35,520 nt of DNA from a virus (IMGVR_UViG_3300032073_000094:1-35520), one strand, 5' to 3'; counted from the stretch's first letter, positions 1 to 9,629 are shown. Numbers and translations: made by a program. Notes: generated by a model not told the origin, from the sequence alone.

Positions 1-138
1 CCAGAAATAGTCAGATTGTTGCCGATTGTGGTTATTCTTCCAGCCTCGGTTCCGGTGCTGTCATTTACAACAATTTCACCAGCCGAATCAATCGTCATCC
101 GCACCGTTGGAGATGCTGCACCATCAGCGGTGGTTGAA
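1..138. repeat. Terminal direct repeat, left copy (circular assembly overlap)
   Basis: 1-138 matches 35383-35520 except at positions 9 and 12. Implied circle is 35,382 bp, and the tail fibre reading frame is preserved across the join. Confidence 0.95.
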
Positions 139-2243
139 AACTGCAATCTGCCGGGCATATCATCCGCACCGGGTGTGCCGTCAACTACTGCATTTATTCT
201 TGCAGCTTCGACGTAATTTGTGCCATCGGCTCCTTGGAATGTCATTGTCCCAAGCGGATCGCCGCTTTGGACTACAGTCACTGCTCCCGTTGTAGTTCCT
301 CTACTCTTTGCAAAGCCAAGCTGCGGTGCTTCACCATCGTTGGTATTGCGAACAACTCCGGCCGTTACATAGTCAGCAGGAGCAGTTGAACCATTATTCT
401 CAACGAGTAATTTACATCCGTAACTCGAACCGTTCCACCACTTCAACGGCATTGCACTCGCTCCAATTATTACACGCCCGGTGCTGTCAATCGACATTCT
501 TGGACTCGTCAACGTGTCCGTTCCGCTATTGTTTTGAGTAAAGAAATCAATTCTACTCGATTGATAATTTACTGCTCCACCGTCCCAAGCGTGGTCGGCG
601 GTAAAATTAATCTTAGCTCCTGTTAAAGGTGGAGAAGTAGCACTGTCCGAACCTTGTCCAAGGATAGTTCCGATTACGTCATTAGCGACTATTGAAGTAT
701 CTTTAGCCCACAGACTTAGGTGAGCTGGATTATTACTGCCTCCGTCTGAAAGCACTTGAACAGCTCCAGTCGAAGAAATCGTCATTCTTGCTACACCAGC
801 GGTCGTAAAACCTAACTCGTTTGCTGCCGCTCGATACATGCCTGTGTCGGTGTCGTCGTTAAACGAAAATGTCGGTGTACCAACGTCACTAACTGCCGCT
901 CTCAACCTAGCTCCAGTTTGGCCAGCAACATTTGTTTCTAAAACATTCGTGCTAGTTTTAAATTCTGCAATACTAAATTCGTCTGCTACTATTTCACCGT
1001 CCGCAGGAGTTCGAGCAGTTGCTTGAGAGACTGAAATTGCCGTTGCATTCAACTGTACAATCTTCTGCGTCTGTGAAACTCCGGCTGAAGCAGTTCCGTC
1101 TGCTCCGTTAGGATTTCGATTCTGCACCATTAGCGACATTTTTGGATTTGCAAATGCGAGGTCGAGATCTGATACGCAGCCGATTTGCTCAACTAAAAAA
1201 GAATCAATATAACCTGCTTGAGTTCCAGTAGTAGTAGACACTTGAGCATAGACGCTAAATGTCGTTGTTGTTGCTGTAAATGTCTGCTCAAAACTCGCCC
1301 AGCTTGCAGCAGTATAATCAGTTACATTATATTGAGTTCCTATTGCACTGCTTCCAATGCCAACGCGAACGTGTGTAGCGTCTATGTTTTTGACGCGATA
1401 TTTTACGCGATAATCTACGCCTACAGTTGCTGTGAAAGTTTGATATATGTACGGATTATCTGAGTTACGGGCAATTTTTAACGCTGGTTCAGCACCCGAA
1501 CCACTAGACGAGTCAATTGTAAAAGTGGGCTGGCTGCCAATTACCCAAGAATTAGGTTTAGTAGTTCCTGAAGCTCCAGTCCAAGCTGTGCCGTTTAAAA
1601 TCTTAGAAGTCTGACTGCCGTACTGTTCATCAAAATCAACATCAGCACGCTGATAAGCATTATCTACTTCTGCTTGCGTGAGTGCTTTGTTCCAAGTCCG
1701 AAATCTGTAAAGCGAACCGATTATAGCGGTGTTTGCTGAATTGGTCGAAATGTGAAACGGATTAGCATTGCTGTCTCCAATGTTTACCGCACTCGATCCG
1801 CTAATATCAACTGAGCCGACACTATTCCCATTCTTATAAAGCGTAGCGTTGCCATCTCTATCCGCAGAAACTACAAAATGAGTAGGTGAACCAAAGTCTG
1901 CTGCTATGTCATAGCCAAAATCATAATGAGTGTTTGAGGATGTTCGAAAATATATTTTAAGAGTTGTATTGGTTTTGTCGTACCAAAACCCCATTCGATT
2001 GTCTCCGGTGTATGGGGCTGTAAAATAATAAGTTTCGTTATTGCTGGCTTGAGTTTGATTTAAAATAAATTCAAGCGAAAAATCGCTTGTGCCAAATTCT
2101 GCTCCGGCACTGTTGGCTATTGAAATATGTGAACTAGCACCATCAAAATGCAGTCCTTGCCCGTCTGAGCTATTGACAAGTTCCCGAATTATTTCGCCGC
2201 CACCAGCCGATCCGGTGACGTTTATAACATTGGCTATTCCCAT
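1..2243 (-). CDS. Tail fibre / receptor-binding protein, N-terminal part (continues across the junction to 34923; about 900 aa in total)
   Basis: Missing from the ORF track because it runs off the end. My translation from ATG 2243 begins MGIANVINVTGSAGGG. It has a LamG/ConA-like domain (GLHFDG...HFVVSADRDGNATLYKNG...RFRTWNKALTQAEV), a carbohydrate-binding-like domain, then fibre repeats (ARMTISSTG, PRMSIDSTG, VRMTIDSAG; DDMPGRLQFSTT). Same frame as 34923..35486. Confidence 0.88.
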   Translation of the reverse strand, partial: MGIANVINVTGSAGGGEIIRELVNSSDGQGLHFDGASSHISIANSAGAEFGTSDFSLEFILNQTQASNNETYYFTAPYTGDNRMGFWYDKTNTTLKIYFRTSSNTHYDFGYDIAADFGSPTHFVVSADRDGNATLYKNGNSVGSVDISGSSAVNIGDSNANPFHISTNSANTAIIGSLYRFRTWNKALTQAEVDNAYQRADVDFDEQYGSQTSKILNGTAWTGASGTTKPNSWVIGSQPTFTIDSSSGSGAEPALKIARNSDNPYIYQTFTATVGVDYRVKYRVKNIDATHVRVGIGSSAIGTQYNVTDYTAASWASFEQTFTATTTTFSVYAQVSTTTGTQAGYIDSFLVEQIGCVSDLDLAFANPKMSLMVQNRNPNGADGTASAGVSQTQKIVQLNATAISVSQATARTPADGEIVADEFSIAEFKTSTNVLETNVAGQTGARLRAAVSDVGTPTFSFNDDTDTGMYRAAANELGFTTAGVARMTISSTGAVQVLSDGGSNNPAHLSLWAKDTSIVANDVIGTILGQGSDSATSPPLTGAKINFTADHAWDGGAVNYQSSRIDFFTQNNSGTDTLTSPRMSIDSTGRVIIGASAMPLKWWNGSSYGCKLLVENNGSTAPADYVTAGVVRNTNDGEAPQLGFAKSRGTTTGAVTVVQSGDPLGTMTFQGADGTNYVEAARINAVVDGTPGADDMPGRLQFSTTADGAASPTVRMTIDSAGEIVVNDSTGTEAGRITTIGNNLTIS

Positions 2244-2246
2244 CGT

Positions 2247-2609
2247 TTATTCTCCTAGTCTGCCGCTAAATGCGATGTTCACTTTGCCGGTTCCTGACTT
2301 CGTGCAAAAAGCCAGTCCATCAGTGTATCCCGAAAATGTAATTACTGTACCAGTCCCGTCTTCATCAGATGTGTTTGCAGCTAAAATTCCTGTATAGTTT
2401 CCACTTGCAGTTGTGCAAGTTGAGCTATCAGCATCAGGAGTTAACCGATAGAAAATTGGGACAGTCCCCACATTCTGCAATAGCAGAAATGCAGGTGATG
2501 ACTCAGTTTTCAATGCAGTGTTACTAGGTGCTGTACTGCTAGTAGTAACACTCAGTTCCTCGTTAATTGTTGCTGAAAAATTTGCTAGTGTATCGTTCTG
2601 TCTTGCCAT
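2247..2609 (-). CDS. Hypothetical beta-rich virion protein (120 aa)
   Basis: Tightly packed ORF between capsid and fibre genes; T/S/G-rich with LLLQNVGT..IF motif typical of small jelly-roll virion proteins. Confidence 0.7.
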   Translation of the reverse strand: MARQNDTLANFSATINEELSVTTSSTAPSNTALKTESSPAFLLLQNVGTVPIFYRLTPDADSSTCTTASGNYTGILAANTSDEDGTGTVITFSGYTDGLAFCTKSGTGKVNIAFSGRLGE

Positions 2610-2612
2610 TTC

Positions 2613-2873
2613 TTATAATCCCCAAATCTTTTTTATTTTTTGCCGGGAGTATTCACTCTTCCAGCCTTTCTTTGAGTTTTCTTGTCGGTGGTATCCATTT
2701 TTCATCATCTGCTTCTGAGATGGTGCTTGTTTCATACCTCCTATGGCAAAACTCGTAGGAACCTCAATTTTCGCCCAGGTTCCTGTGCCATCACTAAAAT
2801 TATCGAGATCAGATGAGACCAAATACTCTTTGATCTCACCTGTCTCGTGATTCTTAAACTCAACTAGTGGCAT
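2613..2873 (-). CDS. Hypothetical protein, FmdB-like N-terminus lacking the zinc-ribbon cysteines
   Basis: MPLVEFKNHETGEIKEYLV resembles the FmdB MPxYEYxCxxCG start; TAATG overlap with upstream gene. Confidence 0.65.
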   Translation of the reverse strand: MPLVEFKNHETGEIKEYLVSSDLDNFSDGTGTWAKIEVPTSFAIGGMKQAPSQKQMMKNGYHRQENSKKGWKSEYSRQKIKKIWGL

Positions 2874-3058
2874 TATTGTGCCAGTTGAATATTATAGTTT
2901 GTGCCATCAATATTCACTTTGAGTGTGTACCCAGATACTGCCGAATATGACCCACTAGTTGTAATACCAGTAAACTTAATTTTCGTGTCATCTAGAGTGT
3001 TGATTGTTACATCTTGTGTAATTGCTTTGCGCGTTCTGCGAACATTTTTTTCTGACAT
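2873..3058 (-). CDS. Hypothetical small structural protein (61 aa)
   Basis: Abuts both neighbours; ends LKVNIDGTNYNIQL, a C-terminal motif common in fibre/decoration proteins. Confidence 0.65.
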   Translation of the reverse strand: MSEKNVRRTRKAITQDVTINTLDDTKIKFTGITTSGSYSAVSGYTLKVNIDGTNYNIQLAQ

Positions 3059-3059
3059 A

Positions 3060-3329
3060 TTATAATCCTTGTGCTTTATCTAATTCTTCCATGGTAGCAA
3101 TCATCTCATCTCTGGATGGTGCTTCCATTTCAACTGATTCTTCCATCTCTTCTGGATATGCTGGTTCACCATTAACAGTTTCCATTCCGACTGTCGCATA
3201 CTCGTCTCCAAGTGATTCAACAGCTCCTTCGATGGTAAAACTGACGGCATCTCCCACTTCTGGAAGAACCATCACACCTTCTTCATCTGCAATTTGCAGT
3301 GAGGTAATTGGTATTTCTACTTTTGGCAT
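3060..3329 (-). CDS. Acidic hypothetical protein (89 aa)
   Basis: ORF immediately after the capsid terminator; very E/D-rich. Confidence 0.7.
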   Translation of the reverse strand: MPKVEIPITSLQIADEEGVMVLPEVGDAVSFTIEGAVESLGDEYATVGMETVNGEPAYPEEMEESVEMEAPSRDEMIATMEELDKAQGL

Positions 3330-3333
3330 AATT

Positions 3334-3367
3334 AAAAAGAGACCGGGAGGCTATTGACCTCCCAGTC
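3334..3367 (-). terminator. Rho-independent terminator after the major capsid gene
   Basis: Minus strand GACTGGGAGG-TCAATAG-CCTCCCGGTC followed by TCTTTTT. Confidence 0.75.
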
Positions 3368-3374
3368 AAATTGA

Positions 3375-4352
3375 TTAGCTATAGTTAGTGACTGAGTAGA
3401 TGTTCACTGCATGTGCCCCATTCAATACGGTAGAACCGTAATAGAATTTGAAACCAACAGTTGTTAATTGCGCCAATGGATCACTTTTATCTGGTCCTTG
3501 AGCAATGATCATCTTAGGTGAGTAAGCACTCATTGTAGCTAGGTTCACACCACCATATGCCTGGTCACCCACAACAAATGTGCTGTATTTAGTACCAGCA
3601 GCATTGTAAGTGCGTTGAGTGTTCTGCCTGTATGGATTTGTTGTGGTTACGACGCGAACCCCAGCATACCTCCCGACTTCACCACGGAATAACTGATCTG
3701 GTGCTCCATACTTGCTTGCTTCCAACCAGTCATCATCGTTCATCAAATCACGAGCAACTTCTGGTGCCATAACAGCAGTGAAGTATCCGTTACTTGGTCG
3801 AGCGTTATTGACTCGTAGGTTTGTAGAAGCATCAAGAATGTCTAATGCAGTCATTGCATCATTAGTACCACCAACAGTGGCATATGATGTAGCAGCACCA
3901 GCATAACGTGCTTGAGTTGCAGAAGAATCACCAAGTGTGTTACGAAGTAATTCGTCAACTTTTAGTGCTGCATCCTGTCCGTTTTGAACAGTTGCTTGCT
4001 CCATTGTGTTGAACAATTCAACATTACTCAAGAGATCAGAGATTGTAACTGTCTGTCCAAATTGAGCGAGATCTACGTCTACAGTGGTCATTGATAATTG
4101 TTTAGAATTACCAACTGTTACTGCTGTTCCTTCAGTCAATGTTTGCACATCAGTAGTTACTGATTCTGGGTAACGGAAGAACCGTACCGATTTGTGCCCA
4201 GCTTTTGCGGGGAGAGGTGATTTATAGGCAAACTGATCCAAGACGATTGTCTTTAAAGTTTGCTCAAGTAATTTCTTATTGAAATAATCTTGTAGTGTTG
4301 ACTCTGGTCCTGCTGTTGCTGATCCAGTTGTCGTGAGAGTTGTTCCTGCCAT
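3375..4352 (-). CDS. Major capsid protein (N4-gp56-like, HK97 fold)
   Basis: LDQFA..LP..GHKSVRFFRY..LTEG..LAQFGQTVTISD; FRGEVGRYAGVRVV; KSDPLAQLTTVGFK. Follows scaffold and precedes a terminator. Confidence 0.9.
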   Translation of the reverse strand: MAGTTLTTTGSATAGPESTLQDYFNKKLLEQTLKTIVLDQFAYKSPLPAKAGHKSVRFFRYPESVTTDVQTLTEGTAVTVGNSKQLSMTTVDVDLAQFGQTVTISDLLSNVELFNTMEQATVQNGQDAALKVDELLRNTLGDSSATQARYAGAATSYATVGGTNDAMTALDILDASTNLRVNNARPSNGYFTAVMAPEVARDLMNDDDWLEASKYGAPDQLFRGEVGRYAGVRVVTTTNPYRQNTQRTYNAAGTKYSTFVVGDQAYGGVNLATMSAYSPKMIIAQGPDKSDPLAQLTTVGFKFYYGSTVLNGAHAVNIYSVTNYS

Positions 4353-4363
4353 ATTGTTTTATT

Positions 4364-5314
4364 TTAATTTGCGAACATGCCAACACCTGACTCGTCTGCA
4401 CTTTGCATCGCTTTAACCAACTCTGCCCGTTGTTTTTCCACGGGGAGATTGTTAAACGATTCAACCTGCAACACGTTGCCGGGTTGGCTACCGTTCAGTG
4501 TTAATTTTTCTTCGTACTCAGCAACTTGTTTTTTTAAGTCGCTGACCTGTTTTTCCAAATTAGAAGACTGGTTTGCTCTGAGATACATTGCCGCCGCTTC
4601 GACGGCATCTGTGATCCCATCCGGGTATTGAGTTAGTACAGGTTTTTTCTCCAATAATTGGCCAACCTTCTTGAACAGTTCACTGTCTTGATCATTCAAG
4701 TCTTTGTGTGCAGAAGTGGCTTGTTTCCAATTTGTATCCCATTTAGACACAAACTCAGCCTGTTGTTTCTTCTCCTGCTGTTCAGTTGCAGTTTGCCTAG
4801 CCTGCTGTGCTGCTTTTCGTGCTGCTTCAGCATTGGCATGATCGCCTTCATCTTCAAATTCCTGAGCCACTGACTCATACTCATCAGGTGAATAACGACT
4901 AGTATTGGTGCGTTGTTGGATCTCTTCCAGGCTTTGCTGGTGCCCATCCTCGTACGCTTTTTTTTGTGCTTCCAGATCTTCACGTTCTTTTTTCAATTTA
5001 GCTTTCGCTTCATTGACTTCACGCCAAGATTTGTTCGCACGGTCCTGTGCTTTTTTAGTCCTAGAATATTTGGATTTGGATTGTTCCTCCTCCTCAATTT
5101 CTTGTGACTCCTCCTCTCCCGGTTGATCCGGTGCTTCTTCTCTGGGGGTGTCTTCCACTTTGGCAGACTCCGTGTCAGGTTCCTCGACCTGCGGCATCGA
5201 GGTAGTTTTCGCAGTTAAATCGAACGCGTTATCATCAGCTTCCGCTAATGATTTTAGCAATTGCTCGCGCTCGTTATCCACCGTGACTGGTGCATCTGTT
5301 ATAGCCTCAGACAT
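4364..5314 (-). CDS. Capsid scaffolding protein
   Basis: Acidic disordered N-terminus, long E/K/Q coiled coil, position between portal and capsid genes. Confidence 0.75.
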   Translation of the reverse strand: MSEAITDAPVTVDNEREQLLKSLAEADDNAFDLTAKTTSMPQVEEPDTESAKVEDTPREEAPDQPGEEESQEIEEEEQSKSKYSRTKKAQDRANKSWREVNEAKAKLKKEREDLEAQKKAYEDGHQQSLEEIQQRTNTSRYSPDEYESVAQEFEDEGDHANAEAARKAAQQARQTATEQQEKKQQAEFVSKWDTNWKQATSAHKDLNDQDSELFKKVGQLLEKKPVLTQYPDGITDAVEAAAMYLRANQSSNLEKQVSDLKKQVAEYEEKLTLNGSQPGNVLQVESFNNLPVEKQRAELVKAMQSADESGVGMFAN

Positions 5315-5319
5315 AAATT

Positions 5320-5667
5320 TTAATTACTAGGTTGCCTCAACCATTCCAGGTCATCGGTCACACCCGTGACAACTTCATCTGGTTGCGATCTTATCGCGGC
5401 TAAACCATCTATTGTTGCCAATGCAGATTTAAAGCCAAACGCTTGACCCGTCTTGTAAGACAAATCTGCTGGAGATGAGATTAATCTATCACAATTGGTG
5501 ATGTGCAAGTTTCTTAGGTGTTGTTGCATTACAACACCAGTCTCAGATTTTAAGAATTGCTGCAATTTTACAGCATGTTCATTTGACCATTCAGGCGGGT
5601 TGACCCATTGGGGCACTTGCCGCAATGTTCTCAACGCTCCCAACATTCTCCTCAGTTTGTTCAACAT
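5320..5667 (-). CDS. Hypothetical head-module protein
   Basis: Likely start MLNKLRR at 5667, overlapping the portal 3' end; small helical protein in the slot between portal and scaffold. Confidence 0.65.
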   Translation of the reverse strand: MLNKLRRMLGALRTLRQVPQWVNPPEWSNEHAVKLQQFLKSETGVVMQQHLRNLHITNCDRLISSPADLSYKTGQAFGFKSALATIDGLAAIRSQPDEVVTGVTDDLEWLRQPSN

Positions 5668-7489
5668 TTTGTTGTGTTTGTTGCTCTGCCGCTTGTTGCA
5701 GTTGTGCAAATAAATTCTTTAATTCAGCTTCCATCTGTCTGCCAGCTTTTGGATCTTTTTCTTTTAAAGCTTCTAAATGTTGGACTATATGCTGTTCTAG
5801 CATTTGTCCTTCTGCTGGCTCAGGTTGTGCGCCTGATTGAGATCGATTGTTGATGTACGTCATAACTGTCTGGATGTGTACCGCATCATCATCTGACTGT
5901 TTAACTACTGCTGGGAAACCAAGTCTGAGAAACGTGATTTCATTGGCTTGATCTTCTGCCTGGGTAGCTTGTTGATCCATTGGGTCTTGATATAATCTTT
6001 TAACTAGAGTGGCATCGTCTGATTCCAAAATAGTCTTTCTGAGCTGTCCTTGATTAATGAATGGATCGTTTGCAAACATCTGAAAACGAGTGATTGCTTT
6101 CTGCATTAGTAACTGCTTATTCACTCCATCTGCTGATCCAGTTGGCTGAATGCCGTAGTTTTGATGCAAAGCCTCCTGTGGAATTTGCTGTGCGGTGTCT
6201 AAATACCAATAATCCAAAGAAGTTTTGTCATATTGCAATAAAACGGACCAACTCATGCGGTAAAGTTTGCCGAGTGCTATACGGAATATTCGCATCCGTA
6301 AATCACTGCTTTGCTGGTATAAACCTCCAATAGCTTGGATCTCAGTTGCGGTCCTTCTTTCAGTGTTTTGTAAAGTTTGAGTAAGACCAAAATCTGGTGT
6401 AGATACACGGTTCTGAGCCAATTCCCGCATAATATTCATCTGAGTATCAAACGAAATTGGAGGAGCTTGGTGTGCGACTGGTTGGATTCCAAATGGTAAA
6501 ATGCTCCCAGGAGTCATTCTGAGATTGCCAGTATTAGGCATATCTCTCTCAGCGCGAAACAGTGGTCTGTTTGCAAGAGTCATGAAATCATTCTTGTCAT
6601 TAAGAAGCTTTGTTAGATCAGCTTCCATGGTTGCTTGAAGTTCAACTACACCTCTAGCCGAGTAAAAACCGGGATCTTTAACCTCATAATGAAAAGCCAC
6701 AAATGGTGGTTTGCCATGATTATATGGCATTTTCATTGTTGGTCTAAGATCAATATCAGGCTGAGTAGGTGAGAATGTACAAATGCACCACTGCCCAGTC
6801 TTCTCTTCGCGGAAATATACTTCCCACACAATGATGCTGGACTCATCTGTAAATGTGAGTCCTTCACGCTCGAATTTGGTATACTCAGTATCCATATCCC
6901 CAGCGTCATTGTTGTAGCTTCCAGAAATCTGTCTAATTACTTCTGGATCTTGATTTAAGTGTTTTTGCCGTTTGTACGAATCAACTGAGTAAACTGAAAT
7001 ATGACACATTCTGTCTGCCTCTTCTAAGCTCCTAGTCCAGCTAGGAACGACAAAATGCTGAGGTTCTATTGAATAATAGTTTATTTTCTTGGCTTTAGTG
7101 TCCCAAAGAACCTTCAAAATGCCATTACCACTCATGAGCATAGCATCAACAGTACTTAAAACTTCTGTCTCTAGATTAGTTTTTTGCTTTATTTTGTGAT
7201 CAAACCACTGTGCAGCAGCAGTTGTATATTCGGCAACTTGTGGGGTTGTAGGCACAAACTGAGCAATTAAGTCTGTAGCAAATAACTGCTGGAAGTAAGC
7301 AGGTTTTAGTTCACTAATTGTAGTGTCTACTAGTGGAAAATGTACATCTGATGCACCAGGCCAAGGTTTATTTTTTCTCCTCAGTCCATGGTGGCGCATC
7401 TCATAAAACATGCGTTGTCTGGTATCCCAAACGCTACGATCAGCCAGATCTTGCAGAACTGATGCGTTTAAATCATCACGAGATTTCAT
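5591..7489 (-). CDS. Portal protein (P22/podovirus-like)
   Basis: 632 aa; KPWPGAS..HFPLVD, GNGILKVLWD, YNHGKPPFV, RTATEI motif, Q-rich C-terminal barrel; downstream of terminase. Confidence 0.88.
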   Translation of the reverse strand: MKSRDDLNASVLQDLADRSVWDTRQRMFYEMRHHGLRRKNKPWPGASDVHFPLVDTTISELKPAYFQQLFATDLIAQFVPTTPQVAEYTTAAAQWFDHKIKQKTNLETEVLSTVDAMLMSGNGILKVLWDTKAKKINYYSIEPQHFVVPSWTRSLEEADRMCHISVYSVDSYKRQKHLNQDPEVIRQISGSYNNDAGDMDTEYTKFEREGLTFTDESSIIVWEVYFREEKTGQWCICTFSPTQPDIDLRPTMKMPYNHGKPPFVAFHYEVKDPGFYSARGVVELQATMEADLTKLLNDKNDFMTLANRPLFRAERDMPNTGNLRMTPGSILPFGIQPVAHQAPPISFDTQMNIMRELAQNRVSTPDFGLTQTLQNTERRTATEIQAIGGLYQQSSDLRMRIFRIALGKLYRMSWSVLLQYDKTSLDYWYLDTAQQIPQEALHQNYGIQPTGSADGVNKQLLMQKAITRFQMFANDPFINQGQLRKTILESDDATLVKRLYQDPMDQQATQAEDQANEITFLRLGFPAVVKQSDDDAVHIQTVMTYINNRSQSGAQPEPAEGQMLEQHIVQHLEALKEKDPKAGRQMEAELKNLFAQLQQAAEQQTQQNVEQTEENVGSVENIAASAPMGQPA

Positions 7490-7680
7490 ATTGTAAAATC
7501 GTCTTCTTCATCTTCATCATCTTCGAGGAGGTAACCCATCGCCTGCAATGACATGAGACATGAATACATCTGAAGACCACCAATTAGAGTTGCATCGTCT
7601 AAATCAAATTCTTCCTGATAACGATCCACTAGTTTTTCAATGTCAGTGCAGAAACACTCCAGTTGGTCTTTCATTCTCAT
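7486..7680 (-). CDS. Small acidic hypothetical protein
   Basis: ATG start just after a terminator-like hairpin; overlaps portal start. Confidence 0.6.
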   Translation of the reverse strand: MRMKDQLECFCTDIEKLVDRYQEEFDLDDATLIGGLQMYSCLMSLQAMGYLLEDDEDEEDDFTI

Positions 7681-7710
7681 AAAAAAGACGCACCCATTTT
7701 TGGTGCGTCC
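7681..7710 (-). terminator. Rho-independent terminator after the spanin pair
   Basis: Minus strand GACGCACC-AAAAATG-GGTGCGTC followed by TTTTTT. Confidence 0.7.
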
Positions 7711-7741
7711 TGCTGCTTTTATGCAATTTATTTAGGCGTTG

Positions 7742-7996
7742 TTAGTTGCGTATGCTGGCTTTTTCCAAGTCTTTCTCGTACTGGATTATCTGTTCCAAGC
7801 AATCTTCAACAAACGATTTAGCCTGTGGTGATGCCATATATGCGTCTTGAAAGCCTCTCTCATTCCCCAGAATCAGTCTCTTCGTCGCGTCCAGCTTGAT
7901 CGGTGTCCTGCATCCGCTTCCTAACCCAATCAAGCTTGTCATCAGCACGATCATTAATATCTGCTTCCAATTTCTCTTTTTCAGCTTTTTTTCCAT
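7742..7996 (-). CDS. Lipoprotein, candidate o-spanin (Rz1-like)
   Basis: MEKKLKKRNWKQILMIVLMTSLIGLGSG-C: basic N-region, hydrophobic core, lipobox-like Cys; overlaps the upstream membrane-anchored ORF in another frame. Confidence 0.65.
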   Translation of the reverse strand: MEKKLKKRNWKQILMIVLMTSLIGLGSGCRTPIKLDATKRLILGNERGFQDAYMASPQAKSFVEDCLEQIIQYEKDLEKASIRN

Positions 7997-8054
7997 ATGC
8001 AAATAATTCTTTTAAAATTGTGAGTACTAGCGTTATTATTTCTGTTATCCTCAT
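7860..8054 (-). CDS. Candidate i-spanin (Rz-like)
   Basis: Short hydrophobic N-terminus (ITEIITLVLTIL) then charged helical segment; overlaps the lipoprotein gene by 137 nt. Confidence 0.55.
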   Translation of the reverse strand: MRITEIITLVLTILKELFAYGKKAEKEKLEADINDRADDKLDWVRKRMQDTDQAGRDEETDSGE

Positions 8055-8076
8055 AGACTTGTCAAACTCTCTAATT

Positions 8077-8126
8077 TAAATTACTATTTTCTGAGTTATA
8101 GTATAGATTACTATCTTCTGAGTTAT
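8077..8126. repeat. Two 23-bp direct repeats (21/23 identical, 27-bp period)
   Basis: TAAATTACTATTTTCTGAGTTAT (8077-8099) and TAGATTACTATCTTCTGAGTTAT (8104-8126). Confidence 0.85.
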
Positions 8127-8174
8127 TTGACTCTTGCGGTGTGGCTGTCGGGCCCACCGCATTTTTCTTTTCAA

Positions 8175-9629
8175 TTATCCCGTGTTTAATCCCATACTTT
8201 CTCTCAGTTTACTGTCATCTGTCCATTCATGCATACCCGCTTCAACAATCTCTTCCAGGCTAGGCTGATAACGTCTGTTCCACATGTATTGGTTGCTATA
8301 GCTAGCTAATGTCATGACTACCGCATCACCCCGGTCAGGTGAGGAGAAACCTCGTGACTTCATCTCTTTCTTGCTCTCTAGACTTAGCTTACCGTTCTTT
8401 GATGCTGCTACCCGTCTAGTAGTCAGTTGACTGTGCAAGATCTCGTCATCAGGCAATATACACTCCATGCGGTCTATTTGTCTAGATGCCTCAAACCACA
8501 TCTCTGTGCCCCGGTTAACATACTTGTCTGGATCATGCGCTCTTCCTCCCAGGTTAACTTGATGAATTGGCCAACCCATCTCTGCAAGCTGATGGCACAT
8601 AGGCAGTCCTAGTCCACCTGCATCACCAAATATCTGCTCAGGTTTCAGCTTTGCTTTCTCAAACTCCAAAGCAAATCGGGCACAACCTGCCATAGTATTA
8701 GCCTCTCTCCATGCAATTAACTTAGTGATCTTGTTTCCCACTCTCATACAAAAAACACTTTCATCACCTGCTGCTGCAAAATCACACGAGGCTACAACCT
8801 CATTACCGTCTTTGCTGGGTGGACTATCCAAGCACTGCATCAGGCTATCCCATGTGATCACCAAGCCTTCTCCAGAAGTTTCTTGGAACTCTCCAAAGAT
8901 CATGGAGCGGATCAATGGATGGTCTTTGCCCCACATCTCCATTTGTTCTTCTATCCAACTCTTTTTAATGTGCGGACAATCGTAAGAAGTAACAGTGTGA
9001 AGTTTCCACCATTTCTGTTCTTTGGAGAAAATTTTATAAAACTTACCAGTCGTTCCACCTGGAGAACTCATGGCTAGGATGCGATTTGGCTGGATACGAG
9101 CCACCGCTTCGAATAGGTCAGAATCAATTGATTTACACTCGTCTAACACTATAAAAACATTACCATGAAAGCCTTCAAAACGGTTTGGTGAGTCAGTTGC
9201 AAACCCCAAGATCCTACTGCCATTATCCATCGTTAGATCAGTCTGATTAATCGTCATACCTAGCCCAGCTACTTTGCTAGCTAATGATCTAATCTGAGGC
9301 CACATCTGCTCTTTGACCTGCCTATACACACCTGATGTAGTGATAACTATGCTACCGGGATAGATAAGCGCATACCACAGTGCAGCAGGTGCAGCTATCA
9401 TTGCCGTTTTTCCTGAGCCATTTGCCGCTTTCAGTGCAACTCGTGCACCGGGCTTGCTTAGATCGAGAAGAACTTTCTTCTGCCAATCATACAATTTTAT
9501 CCCAAAATATTTTTCAGTAAAGACATCGCAATCCGCATCTCTTGAGGAGGCTTGGGTCTTTGCTGTTGAGCCAGACTGTTCTTCTGACTGTTTTGGTGTC
9601 TCTTTCGTTTTTGTTTCTGTTTTGCCCAT
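8175..9629 (-). CDS. terL: Terminase large subunit
   Basis: LYDWQ Q-motif, Walker A AANGSGKT, Walker B IVLDE, MSSPG motif III, RNase H-like SCDFAAAGDESV and SPDRGDA. Confidence 0.95.
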   Translation of the reverse strand: MGKTETKTKETPKQSEEQSGSTAKTQASSRDADCDVFTEKYFGIKLYDWQKKVLLDLSKPGARVALKAANGSGKTAMIAAPAALWYALIYPGSIVITTSGVYRQVKEQMWPQIRSLASKVAGLGMTINQTDLTMDNGSRILGFATDSPNRFEGFHGNVFIVLDECKSIDSDLFEAVARIQPNRILAMSSPGGTTGKFYKIFSKEQKWWKLHTVTSYDCPHIKKSWIEEQMEMWGKDHPLIRSMIFGEFQETSGEGLVITWDSLMQCLDSPPSKDGNEVVASCDFAAAGDESVFCMRVGNKITKLIAWREANTMAGCARFALEFEKAKLKPEQIFGDAGGLGLPMCHQLAEMGWPIHQVNLGGRAHDPDKYVNRGTEMWFEASRQIDRMECILPDDEILHSQLTTRRVAASKNGKLSLESKKEMKSRGFSSPDRGDAVVMTLASYSNQYMWNRRYQPSLEEIVEAGMHEWTDDSKLRESMGLNTG

